Shown: positions 30,935 to 39,997 of the stretch, piece after piece
Layout: each line of letters begins with the position of its first letter
Position numbering within the stretch: the stretch's first letter is position 1
Assembly: GCA_963741955.1 (NCBI GenBank)
Contig: CAVUKB010000005.1
Location: 192,001 to 256,000 of the forward strand
Length of the DNA stretch: 64,000 nucleotides
Reading direction: 5' to 3'
Origin: an uncultured Acidobacteriota bacterium
GTDB lineage: Bacteria > Acidobacteriota > Thermoanaerobaculia > Gp7-AA8
Program-made: the position numbers and the translations under genes
Notes under the pieces: model-generated
The model's database searches: none
The model's input: the letters and a program-made list of their open reading frames with translations, nothing else
What the model was told of the DNA's origin: nothing

Positions 30935-31678
30935 TTACACCGCTCGCGCGAGCGTCAACGCTGCGACGTGGCTGGCGCCGGCACGGCGAAGCGCGCGGGC
31001 GCAGGCGGCGAGAGTCTCGCCGGTGGTGCAGACGTCATCGATGAGAAGGATCCGCGAGTCATCCAGAGGTCGGACGCATTCGAACACGCCGCGGACATTC
31101 GCCGCGCGCTCGCTCCTCCGGAGGGTCGACTGCGGGGCTCGTTCGATGCGCTTCCGGAGAACGCGACCGTCGAACGGGATTCCGGTCAGCCTCGCGAAGC
31201 GTCGTGCGAGGAGTTCCGACTGGTTGTAGCCTCGCCGTCGGAGCCGCGAACGGTGAAGAGGAACGGCTGCGACGCGTGCGAAATCATCGTCTGCTCGCTC
31301 TTCGAACCGGCGGGAGAGGAGCTCGCCGAGCTGGTCGGAGAGAAAATCGTGCCCCTCGAACTTGAAGGCGTGGATCAGCCTCTCGAGAGTCCCTTCGTAG
31401 CGTCCGAATGAATCGATCCACTGCAGCGGGAGCGGACTCCGGGCGCATTCGATGCAGGTGAAGGTCTCGCCGGGACCTCCCCCGTCCCACGGAATACCGC
31501 AACTGGCGCAGCGTGCACCGATGAGTTCCAGGCTCTCCCAGCACTCCGAGCAGCACGAGCCTCGGCGGTTCCGCCACGGGAGCTCTCCGCCGCAGACGAC
31601 GCAGGGAGAAGCCAGCACGATCCGTCCGGCCTCGCCGAGGATTCCGTGGACCGCCGAAACTAGCGACCTTGCCCGCAC
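30935..31678 (-). CDS. comF: ComF family protein (zinc ribbon + PRTase)
   Basis: CxxC pairs, RGYNQS, LIDDVCTTGET; start set at GTG 31678. Confidence 0.9.
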   Translation of the reverse strand: MRARSLVSAVHGILGEAGRIVLASPCVVCGGELPWRNRRGSCCSECWESLELIGARCASCGIPWDGGGPGETFTCIECARSPLPLQWIDSFGRYEGTLERLIHAFKFEGHDFLSDQLGELLSRRFEERADDDFARVAAVPLHRSRLRRRGYNQSELLARRFARLTGIPFDGRVLRKRIERAPQSTLRRSERAANVRGVFECVRPLDDSRILLIDDVCTTGETLAACARALRRAGASHVAALTLARAV

Positions 31679-31760
31679 GTCTGAATTGTACGTTGCAAGG
31701 GTGCGGATTGGACGCGCATCCTCGTTGAAAGGAAGGGGTGCTTTGCTTATAGTGACGCGC

Positions 31761-32276
31761 ATGAAAAAGTACGTGATTCTCTCCGCCCTCCTGATTCTGT
31801 CCGGCATTCCCGCGTTCGCACAGCAGAACGCTCTGGGCTTCTCGGCGGGGAGCGGCGAATCGATGAAGAACGGCTTCGACCTGAAGCTCGACAATCCGGT
31901 GAAAGAGATCTTCTTCGAGACCGAGATGGAGCCCGGAACCACGTTCACGATCAAGCTCGGCCGGGTCAACTCGGACAAGATCGTCGAGGTCGGCAACGCC
32001 ACGCCGAGTGGCGATCTCGATTTCGTCGACGCACTGGTCGAGTATCGTTTCGACGAGATCTACGGCCGGACGTCGTTCTTCGCCGGGCCGGGGTTCTATC
32101 GCTTCAAAGGAAACGGCAACGACTTCTCGGATTGGGGCCTTTCGGGCGGAGTCAACGCCATTTTCCCCCTCACCCGTCGCCTCGGAATCAAGGCGGAACT
32201 GGCCTACCACTGGGTGAATTTCGACCAGAAGGCGAAATTCCTCACCGCGACCGGTGGAATCCGAATGGCGTTCTGA
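31761..32276 (+). CDS. Small outer-membrane beta-barrel protein
   Basis: Signal peptide ending AFA, alternating strands, C-terminal Phe; TTGAAA-N17-TATAGT upstream. Confidence 0.82.
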   Translation: MKKYVILSALLILSGIPAFAQQNALGFSAGSGESMKNGFDLKLDNPVKEIFFETEMEPGTTFTIKLGRVNSDKIVEVGNATPSGDLDFVDALVEYRFDEIYGRTSFFAGPGFYRFKGNGNDFSDWGLSGGVNAIFPLTRRLGIKAELAYHWVNFDQKAKFLTATGGIRMAF

Positions 32277-32297
32277 CGCGGAGCGCAGCAGCAATTG

Positions 32298-32328
32298 AAG
32301 GCGCCCTCGTCGAGGGCGCTTTTTGTTT
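32298..32328 (+). terminator. Intrinsic terminator
   Basis: GCGCCCTCG-T-CGAGGGCGC followed by a T-tract. Confidence 0.8.
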
Positions 32329-32417
32329 GCGGATGAAGAAGTTAGACGAAGTCCGGCGGCACGGTCGTTGCTTCAAATAACCCCTGCAGTTCCATCACTG
32401 AAAAAGGAGGAACGCAG

Positions 32418-33005
32418 ATGGCGAACAACAACCGCCGCGGAACTTTCCGCGGAACAGATATCCCTAACACCCCGCGAAGCGAGATCGAGCGTACCGAGCT
32501 CGGGCAGAACAACCCTCGGAGCCGGCAGGCACGCGGGAACCGTGGCTCGAGCGAACGGGTGCGCGACGTGATGACCGAGACTCCCAGGACTGTGACGAAA
32601 GACGACCGCCTGATCCAGGCCGCGAAGCTGATGGTCGAATGCGACTGCGGCGCGATTCCGGTAGTGGATCACGAGGGCGATCGGAAGCCGATCGGCCTGA
32701 TCACCGACCGCGACATCGTGGTGCGTGTCGTGGCGAACGGCGACAACCCGAAGGATCTTCCCGTCTCCGACGCGATGACCCACGGGCTCTTCACGGTTCG
32801 TGAGAGCGACACGATCGACAGCGTCTTTCAGCTGATGAGCGACAAGCAGGTTCGGCGCGTGCCGGTGGTCGACGAGAACGGGGACCTCTGCGGCATCGTG
32901 GCGCAGGCCGACATCGCGCTCCGCGCGAGCGACGACCGTTCGGTCGAGAACACGGTGGAAGAGATCAGCGAGCCGAGCTCGACCCGAGACATGCAGCGAC
33001 CCTAA
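32418..33005 (+). CDS. CBS domain protein
   Basis: VRDVMT, GLITDRDI, VRRVPVVD; AAGGAGG RBS. Confidence 0.92.
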   Translation: MANNNRRGTFRGTDIPNTPRSEIERTELGQNNPRSRQARGNRGSSERVRDVMTETPRTVTKDDRLIQAAKLMVECDCGAIPVVDHEGDRKPIGLITDRDIVVRVVANGDNPKDLPVSDAMTHGLFTVRESDTIDSVFQLMSDKQVRRVPVVDENGDLCGIVAQADIALRASDDRSVENTVEEISEPSSTRDMQRP

Positions 33006-33015
33006 CGAAGGCTAC

Positions 33016-33052
33016 GCGCGGCGACCCCGAGAGGGTCGCCGCGCTTTCATTT
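33016..33052 (+). terminator. Intrinsic terminator
   Basis: GCGCGGCGACCC...GGGTCGCCGCGC followed by TTTCATTT. Confidence 0.7.
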
Positions 33053-33080
33053 GCGCGCCAGATCCGCAGGCGATTCTTTG

Positions 33081-34520
33081 ATTTGCGCGCCAGACCCGCA
33101 GGCGATTCTGTTCTGCACGGTTCCAGCTTCTCCCTGGACCCTCGCGCCGGGCACGATCCGATTTGCGCGATTTGCACGTGACCATCACCGCCGTCTCTCC
33201 GAACACGCGAAGCTATGCTTCCGGAGCACCCCCTGATGCGCGATCCGATTTGCGCGATTTGAAGACGACGACGGGGATCGCATTTGCGCGCCAGACCCGC
33301 AGGCGATTCTGTTCTGCACGGTTCCAGCTTCTCGATGGACCCTCGCGTCAGGCGCGATCCGATTTGCGCGATTTGCACGTGACCATCACCGCCGTCTCTC
33401 CGAACACGCAAGCCTATGCTTCCGGATCTCCCCTTGATGCGCGATCCGATTTGCGCGATTTGAAGACGACGACGGGGATCGCATTTGCGCGCCAGATCCG
33501 CAGGCGATTCTGTTCTGCACGGTTCCAGCTTCTCGATGGACCCTCGCGTCAGGCACGATCCGATTTGCGCGATTTGCACGTGACCATCACCGCCGTCTCT
33601 CCGAACACGCAACGCTATGCTTCCGGAGCACCCCCTGATGCGCGATCCGATTTGCGCGATTTGAAGACGACGACGGGGATCGCATTTGCGCGCCAGACCC
33701 GCAGGCGATTCTGTTCTGCACGGTTCCAGCTTCTCCATGGACCCTCGCGCCAGGCACGATCCGATTTGCGCGATTTGCACGTGACCATCACCGCCGTCTC
33801 TCCGAACACGCGAAGCTATGCTTCCGGAGCACCCCCTGATGCGCGATCCGATTTGCGCGATTTGAAGACTACGACGGCGATCGCATTTGCGCGCCAGACC
33901 CGCAGGCGATTCTGTTCTGCACGGTTCCAGCTTCTCGATGGACCCTCGCGTCAGGCACGATCCGATTTGCGCGATTTGCACGTGACCATCACCGCCGTCT
34001 CTCCGAACACGCAACGCTCGACTCCCGGAGCACTCCTTGATGCGCGATCCGATTTGCGCGATTTGAAGACTACGACGGGGATCGCATTTGCGCTCTAGAC
34101 CCGCAGGCGATTCTGTTCTGCACGGTTCCAGCTTCTCGATGGACCCTCGCGTCAGGCACGATCCGATTTGCGCGATTTGCACGTGACCATCACCGCCGTC
34201 TCTCCGAACACGCAACGCTCGACTCCCGGAGCACTCCTTGATGCGCGATCCGATTTGCGCGATTTGAAGACTACGACGGGGATCGCATTTGCGCTCTAGA
34301 CCCGCAGGCGATTCTGTTCTGCACGGTTCCAGCTTCTCGATGGACCCTTGCGTCAGGCACGATCCGATTTGCGCGATTTGCACGTGACCATCACCGCCGT
34401 CTCTCCGAACACGCAACGCTCGACTCCCGGAGCACTCCTTGATGCGCGATCCGATTTGCGCGATTTGAAGACACGCTCCCGCGACGGCGCGCTCTCATTT
34501 GCGCGCCAGACCCGCAGGCG
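33081..34520. repeat. Tandem array of about 7 near-identical 201-bp units
   Basis: Same motif recurs at 33085, 33286, 33487, 33688, 33889, 34090 and 34291; each unit has two CGATCCGATTTGCGCGATTTG cores. Confidence 0.96.
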
Positions 34521-34548
34521 CCTCGCGCCAGGCACGATCATCTATAAC

Positions 34549-34806
34549 AATTCGCGCAAATGAAATCGCCCTCGAAGGCAGCACCCTCTCCCCGCCCCGC
34601 TCGTTCCTGCTGGAAATGCCCGCACAATCCATGGCAAATCGCGCAATTGAAATCGCTCTCGAAGCCCGTGCCATCTTCCCCGCGCCGGTCGTTCCTGCCG
34701 GAGGCGCCCGACCAATCCATAGCAAATCGCATCCTCTTCCCCGCGCCGGTCGTTCCTGCCGGAGGCGCCCGACCAATCCATAGCAAATCCGCAGCAAATC
34801 GCGCAC
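34549..34806 (-). repeat. Inverted ~88-bp units of the same family
   Basis: ATGGCAAATCGCGCAATTGAAATCGCTCTCGAAGCC at ~34631, almost identical to the copy at 25979. Confidence 0.82.
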
Positions 34807-34807
34807 G

Positions 34808-35464
34808 TCACTTCCGCCGGAACACCACCTCGTAGATTCTCCGCCCCTCCTTCCGGTACTTCACCTCGTAGTTCGTGCGCGGCGGACGGTCGGTGATCTC
34901 GCCGGATTCGATCGCGAAGACCTCGTCGAGCAGGGGAACGGCGGCTTCCCAGTAATCCCGGTGATCGGTCACGAAGACGCCTTCGCCGTCGGGATGGAGG
35001 ACCCGTTGCATGTCGCGCGCGACGTCCGGACGCACGAAGCGGCGCTTCTGCTCGCGACGGCGTGGCCACGGATCGGGAAAGTAGATGTGGATCTCCCTGA
35101 CCGATCCATCGGGGAGCATGCGACCGATCACGCGCTGCGCGTCGAAGTTCACGATCCGAACGTTCTCGAGGCGGTGGCGCCAGATCCGGTCGACGAGATG
35201 GCGGAAGTAGTGGAGCGAGATCTCGATGCCGAGGTAGTTGAGCTCCGGATGGGAATGAGCCTGTTCGACCAGGAATCGCCCCTTGCCGGAGCCGACCTCC
35301 AGGATGATCGGGTGGTCGTTCCCGAAGAGGGCAGCCGGATCGAGCGCTGCGCCTCCACTCTCCCGCGGGTTGATTCCGATCTCCTCGAGAGAAAGGGGAT
35401 CCCGCTCTTCGGCCGGGCCCGTCTTCCTCTCCTCTCCGATTGGGTCATCAGTCGAAGTGACCAT
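34808..35464 (-). CDS. trmB: tRNA (guanine-N7)-methyltransferase
   Basis: LEVGSGKG, LGIE, YFPDPWP, TDH, TNYEVKY. Confidence 0.93.
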   Translation of the reverse strand: MVTSTDDPIGEERKTGPAEERDPLSLEEIGINPRESGGAALDPAALFGNDHPIILEVGSGKGRFLVEQAHSHPELNYLGIEISLHYFRHLVDRIWRHRLENVRIVNFDAQRVIGRMLPDGSVREIHIYFPDPWPRRREQKRRFVRPDVARDMQRVLHPDGEGVFVTDHRDYWEAAVPLLDEVFAIESGEITDRPPRTNYEVKYRKEGRRIYEVVFRRK

Positions 35465-35482
35465 TGAGTACAATGCGCCTCC

Positions 35483-36271
35483 GTGAGCGTTGCGAAGGAT
35501 TTATACCATCGGCTGATTCCCGAACAGGTGCGCAACCCGATCGGACTCTTCCGCCGCCGCCTGATCGATCGATGGCTCCGCGCGAAGGCAGGCGAGCGCC
35601 TTCCCTCTGCCGAGCTCCTCGGGAACATCCAGCTCACGCCGTGGATCTCCGAATACCTCGACATCGGGGAGCGGGCCGCAGCGGCGATCGAGAGAGCGGC
35701 GGCACTCGGCGGAATCCGGCCGGAGGTGCCTCACGATGTCCTCGATTTCGGCTGCGGCTCCGGAAGATCCATCCGCCACCTGAGAGACACGAGATGGACA
35801 CTGACCGGATGTGACATCGACCGCGAAGCGATCGAATGGTGCCAGCTCTCCATTTCGGGAGCGAAGTTCGTCGTCTCGCCGGTCGAACCGCCTCTCGAAT
35901 TCGAGGACGGATCATTCGATCTGGCGTATGCAATCTCGGTGTTCACTCATTTCGATCCGGAAGCTCAGCGAGCCTGGGCGCGGGAGATGAGCCGGATTCT
36001 CCGCCCGGGCGGGCTTCTCCTCGTTTCGACCATGGGACCCGGTGTGATCGAGAATTTTCCCGACCATGCGACGCCGGAGACGAGGGAAATTCTCGCTCGG
36101 GAAGGAAGTGTCTTCCTGCCGGCCGCGGAATCGAGTTTCAACGCACATGCGGCGTTCCATACGCCGCGTGCGCTTGGGATGCTCTTCGCACCGGATCTGG
36201 AGCTCATGCGTTGGGTCGAACAGGGCCTGGACGGCTTCCAGGATCTGAGCGTGCTGCGCAAGCGGGGCTGA
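35483..36271 (+). CDS. Class I SAM-dependent methyltransferase
   Basis: VLDFGCGSGR, SVFTH, RILRPGG. Confidence 0.9.
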   Translation: MSVAKDLYHRLIPEQVRNPIGLFRRRLIDRWLRAKAGERLPSAELLGNIQLTPWISEYLDIGERAAAAIERAAALGGIRPEVPHDVLDFGCGSGRSIRHLRDTRWTLTGCDIDREAIEWCQLSISGAKFVVSPVEPPLEFEDGSFDLAYAISVFTHFDPEAQRAWAREMSRILRPGGLLLVSTMGPGVIENFPDHATPETREILAREGSVFLPAAESSFNAHAAFHTPRALGMLFAPDLELMRWVEQGLDGFQDLSVLRKRG

Positions 36272-36290
36272 GCAACCGAGATTCTTCAAG

Positions 36291-37067
36291 TCACGGGCGC
36301 GGGAGGAGCGACGGGACATCGACTTTCCGGTAGCCTTCGGGAATCGCGAAACGCGAGGGAGGAATGGCCTTCTCCCGGATGTCGCTCACCGTGGTGGTGG
36401 TGGTCGAGGTCATGCTTCGGCGTCCATCGCTCGTCGTGGTGGTGGTGACGATCTTCAGTGGAAATCCCTTCACGGAGGACGACTGACTCTCGAGCAGGTG
36501 GTCGAGCTCCTTCCATCCGGTGCGGAGCCCGTCACTCTGAACGAAGGTCGCGAAACCCGGATCGATCTCCCCGGTCGTCCAGATGTCGCTGCGGGTCTGA
36601 ATCGTGGTGGTCTGCTTCGAGCTCATGATCGTCATGACCAATTGACAGCTCGTCTCGGTGCGATACCGATGAGTCGGGTAGCCGGCGATCGGAACGCCTT
36701 CCCCGAGGTCACTCACTCTGACCTTCGGGTTCTCGACCTTCACGTCGAACATTCCTTCCAACGAGCCTCCGGGCCTCCCCGTGGAATCGAGCATTCCGGA
36801 GAGGTCGAGGGAGTAGTACGACTGCTGGGCGGGATCGAGAACGGTGATCTTCGATGTGCCCGTACTGGAGAGGATCACGGAGCCGGCGGCGAGAGGCAGC
36901 GCCTTCCCTCCGGTGACGGCAATTCGGGAATGACCCCCCTCCACCTCCACCACGCCGGAGAGTGACATTCCCGAACGTCCGGTTGTGACGCTTTCGAAGC
37001 GGTACTCGAGTCCGGCAAAGGCGGTTCCAGTCCAGGCGACGAGAAGGAGTATCCAAAGTCTCTTCAT
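36291..37067 (-). CDS. Secreted DUF4412-like protein
   Basis: Signal peptide MKRLWILL...AFA; IAGYPT, GFPLK, FAIPEGY. Confidence 0.75.
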   Translation of the reverse strand: MKRLWILLLVAWTGTAFAGLEYRFESVTTGRSGMSLSGVVEVEGGHSRIAVTGGKALPLAAGSVILSSTGTSKITVLDPAQQSYYSLDLSGMLDSTGRPGGSLEGMFDVKVENPKVRVSDLGEGVPIAGYPTHRYRTETSCQLVMTIMSSKQTTTIQTRSDIWTTGEIDPGFATFVQSDGLRTGWKELDHLLESQSSSVKGFPLKIVTTTTTSDGRRSMTSTTTTTVSDIREKAIPPSRFAIPEGYRKVDVPSLLPRP

Positions 37068-37180
37068 CGCGATGCCCCACGGTTGACGAGATGAATAATC
37101 GACGCGTGACCCTATGCTATGATTCGCGGAATTTCTGATGTTTCGCAGCGACACGACAGCAGCTCACTAAGGAGGTTGTC

Positions 37181-38479
37181 TTGCGTCCTCTGAAGACCTA
37201 TCTTCGCATTCTTCCACTCGCGTTTCTCCTGATTCTCATCTGCAGTCCTTCATTCGGTGCAGGGTTCGCGATCTTCGAACAGGGCGCGAAAGCGACCGCC
37301 ATGGGCGGAGCATTCGCGGCGACGGCCGACGATCCGAGCGCGATCTTCTACAACGTGGCCGGCATCGTGAACCTCAAGAGCAGCCAGGCCATGCTCGGCG
37401 GCACGATGATCACGTTCGACAACAGTTTCAGCGGCACGGATGGGTACTTCCCGGGCGCGGGGGTGGAAGCCAATTACGCGAATCACACCTTCGTCCTCCC
37501 GAACGCGTACTTCGTGATGCCGATCGGTGAGAACGCAGCGTTCGGGATCGGGAGCTTCACCGGATTCGGCCTCCGGACGGACTGGGCAGACGGGATGACC
37601 TTCCCGGGGCGCTACATCTCCCAGGATGCGAACATCAAGACGACTTCGGTGCAGCCTTCCTTCGCCATGAAGATGGCGGGCGGGAAGTTCGCCTGGGGCG
37701 TCGGCGCGGAGTACCGCACCTCGCACATCTCGCTCGAGCGGAACAGTCTGGCGCTCAATCCGTTCACCAACCGCATCGCCGACGTCGCTCATGCGCGGCT
37801 CAACAGCGACTGGAACGACGCGTGGGGCTTCGACGTGGGCCTGATGTACAAACCGACCGACCAGTGGAACGTCGGGCTGCAGTACCGGAGCGCGATGGAC
37901 ATCGACTACACCGGTACGGCGAAGTTCACGCAGATCTCGACCGGAAACCCGCAGTTCGACGCCCTCGTCGGAGCAGGCCTTCCTCCGAATCAGGACATCC
38001 GGACCACGATCAAGTACCCCTGGATCGGAAGCATCGGCGTGTCGACGACGATGATCCCGACCTGGCAGATCGACTTCGACGTCGTCCGCACCGGCTGGAG
38101 CCGTTTCAAGAGCCTCGACGTCGCGTTCGTCGATACTCCGTCACAGAACCTGAACATCCCCGAGGACTGGAAGAGCGTGAACTCCTACCGTCTCGGCGCG
38201 AACCATCCGGTCACCGACGATTGGGCGATCCGTCTCGGAGCGTTGTACGACAAGACGCCTCAGCCGCTGGAGGGAGTGGGACCACTCCTCCCGGATGCGG
38301 ATCGCTGGGCGGCCACGTTCGGCTTCGGGTGGGACAACGGAAAGTGGTCGGCCGAGTTCGCCGAGATGTTCCTCGTGTTCATGGACCAGAATACGAAGGG
38401 AATGAACCGGGACGGCTTCAATGGAATCTACCGGACCACGGCGAACCTCGTGACCATCGACCTCGGCTATAAATTCTGA
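37181..38479 (+). CDS. OmpP1/FadL family outer-membrane transporter
   Basis: AGFAIFEQ, MGGAFAATADDPSAIFYN, C-terminal YKF; AAGGAGG RBS. Confidence 0.9.
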   Translation: MRPLKTYLRILPLAFLLILICSPSFGAGFAIFEQGAKATAMGGAFAATADDPSAIFYNVAGIVNLKSSQAMLGGTMITFDNSFSGTDGYFPGAGVEANYANHTFVLPNAYFVMPIGENAAFGIGSFTGFGLRTDWADGMTFPGRYISQDANIKTTSVQPSFAMKMAGGKFAWGVGAEYRTSHISLERNSLALNPFTNRIADVAHARLNSDWNDAWGFDVGLMYKPTDQWNVGLQYRSAMDIDYTGTAKFTQISTGNPQFDALVGAGLPPNQDIRTTIKYPWIGSIGVSTTMIPTWQIDFDVVRTGWSRFKSLDVAFVDTPSQNLNIPEDWKSVNSYRLGANHPVTDDWAIRLGALYDKTPQPLEGVGPLLPDADRWAATFGFGWDNGKWSAEFAEMFLVFMDQNTKGMNRDGFNGIYRTTANLVTIDLGYKF

Positions 38480-38502
38480 CACCGCGATAAAGGAGACACC
38501 GC

Positions 38503-39900
38503 ATGAAATCCCGTTCATTGACGATTCGAATCTGTCTTCTGTCGTTGCTCCTCGTCGTCGCGGCCCTCCCGATGTTCGCGGCGCGGGGATCTGCTGACTT
38601 CACCCGTTACGTGGCGATCGGCGACAGCCTCACCAGCGGCTATGAATCCTCCAGCCTCGTGGTGGGACATCAGATCTGGAGCTTCCCGAAGATCATCGCG
38701 CAGCAGGCCGGCACCCCCGATTTCCAGCAGCCGCTGATCAGCGAGCCGGGAATCCCGGCGGAGCTGGTGCTCAAGAGCATCTCTCCGCTGATCATCGGGC
38801 CAAAGGCTTCCGGCTACGGCGCACCGATGAACCTGACTCTTCCGCGGCCGTACAACAATCTCGGCATTCCGGGGGCGCGAGTTCACGACCTGATCACCCT
38901 CAACGGGAGTGAGCAGAACCCGAACCCCTATTTCCAGATCATATTGCGCGGTCAGGCGTCGGCCGCGGCTCAGACGATCGCGCTGCAGCCGACATTCATC
39001 ACCGTCTGGATCGGAAACAACGAGGTGCTGGGCGGGGTCACATCCGGCATGCCCGCCGCGATGACCCCTCTGGAGAACTTCACCGCAGATTACAACACGC
39101 TTCTTCAGCAGTTGACGCTGGGAGCACCGAACGCGGGGATGATCACCGCGACGGTTCCTCCGGTCAGCGCGATCCCGTTTGCAAACGTGATTCCGCCGGT
39201 GGTACTCGACCCCACCACCAATCAGCCGCTGCTCGGGCCTGACGGGCATCCGATCTTCTACATCGCGCAGGTCGGCGATCAGGTGGTCCAGCTCGGGCCG
39301 GGGAGCAAGGTGCTCCTGACGGCGCAGTCGTTCCTGCAGCAGGGATACGGATTTCCCGCCGCACTCAAGCCGCTGGTTCCGCTCCCACACGTCGGCGAGC
39401 CTCTTCCGGATGCAGTGACGCTCACCGCAGACGAGATCGCGCAGATCGAGCAGCGCCGGACCGACGTGAATGCGGCGATCAAGGCTGCGGCGTCTTCGCT
39501 CGACATCCCGGTGCTCGATTCCGACGCACTCTTCGCCACCTGGCAGACGGGGATTCACATCGCGGGGCTGACGTTCAACACCGGCTTCATCACCGGTGGA
39601 CTCTTCAGTCTCGACGGCGTCCACCCGACCGACATCGGATACACCATCGTCGCGAACGACTTCATTCGGAAAATCAACGAGGCCTACGGCTCACGGATCC
39701 CTCAGGCGACGCTGATTCCGTTCTTCCAGAACAACGCGATCGGACTGCAGGGCGGCAGCAGCACGATGGTGCCGTTCCTCGCTCCGGGTGCTCTCCAGAC
39801 GATGACGCTCCAGCGTTTCTCGACACTGGACGACTTCTCCAGGGGCGTGGCTCTTCCGAAGCAGCCGGTGCCGGTACGACCCGCGCCCGCAACTTTCTGA
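38503..39900 (+). CDS. Secreted SGNH/GDSL hydrolase
   Basis: GDSLT, NLGIPGA, WIGNNE, DGVHP. Confidence 0.88.
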   Translation: MKSRSLTIRICLLSLLLVVAALPMFAARGSADFTRYVAIGDSLTSGYESSSLVVGHQIWSFPKIIAQQAGTPDFQQPLISEPGIPAELVLKSISPLIIGPKASGYGAPMNLTLPRPYNNLGIPGARVHDLITLNGSEQNPNPYFQIILRGQASAAAQTIALQPTFITVWIGNNEVLGGVTSGMPAAMTPLENFTADYNTLLQQLTLGAPNAGMITATVPPVSAIPFANVIPPVVLDPTTNQPLLGPDGHPIFYIAQVGDQVVQLGPGSKVLLTAQSFLQQGYGFPAALKPLVPLPHVGEPLPDAVTLTADEIAQIEQRRTDVNAAIKAAASSLDIPVLDSDALFATWQTGIHIAGLTFNTGFITGGLFSLDGVHPTDIGYTIVANDFIRKINEAYGSRIPQATLIPFFQNNAIGLQGGSSTMVPFLAPGALQTMTLQRFSTLDDFSRGVALPKQPVPVRPAPATF

Positions 39901-39924
39901 GCTCACCACGATCGACAGACAACC

Positions 39925-39953
39925 AGAGGCGAGCCGAAAGGCTCGCCTCTTTT
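39925..39953 (+). terminator. Intrinsic terminator
   Basis: AGAGGCGAGCC-GAAA-GGCTCGCCTCT-TTT. Confidence 0.85.
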
Positions 39954-39997
39954 CGTCTGGCCCGAGCGTCTCGCTGACCAAGTGACACGCCCCGTTT

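Noticed and set aside
32965-34416. 483-aa ORF made of 67-aa repeats (and the 311-aa ORF on the opposite strand)
   Set aside because: It stays open because the period is a multiple of 3 and the DNA is GC-rich. Unit differences are often non-synonymous, there is no clear RBS, and the same core occurs in non-coding context at 25.6-26.0 kb.
25624-34806. CRISPR interpretation of the 36-nt core with ~52-nt gaps
   Set aside because: The intervening segments are homologous or identical to each other, orientation flips within a locus, and no cas genes are present.
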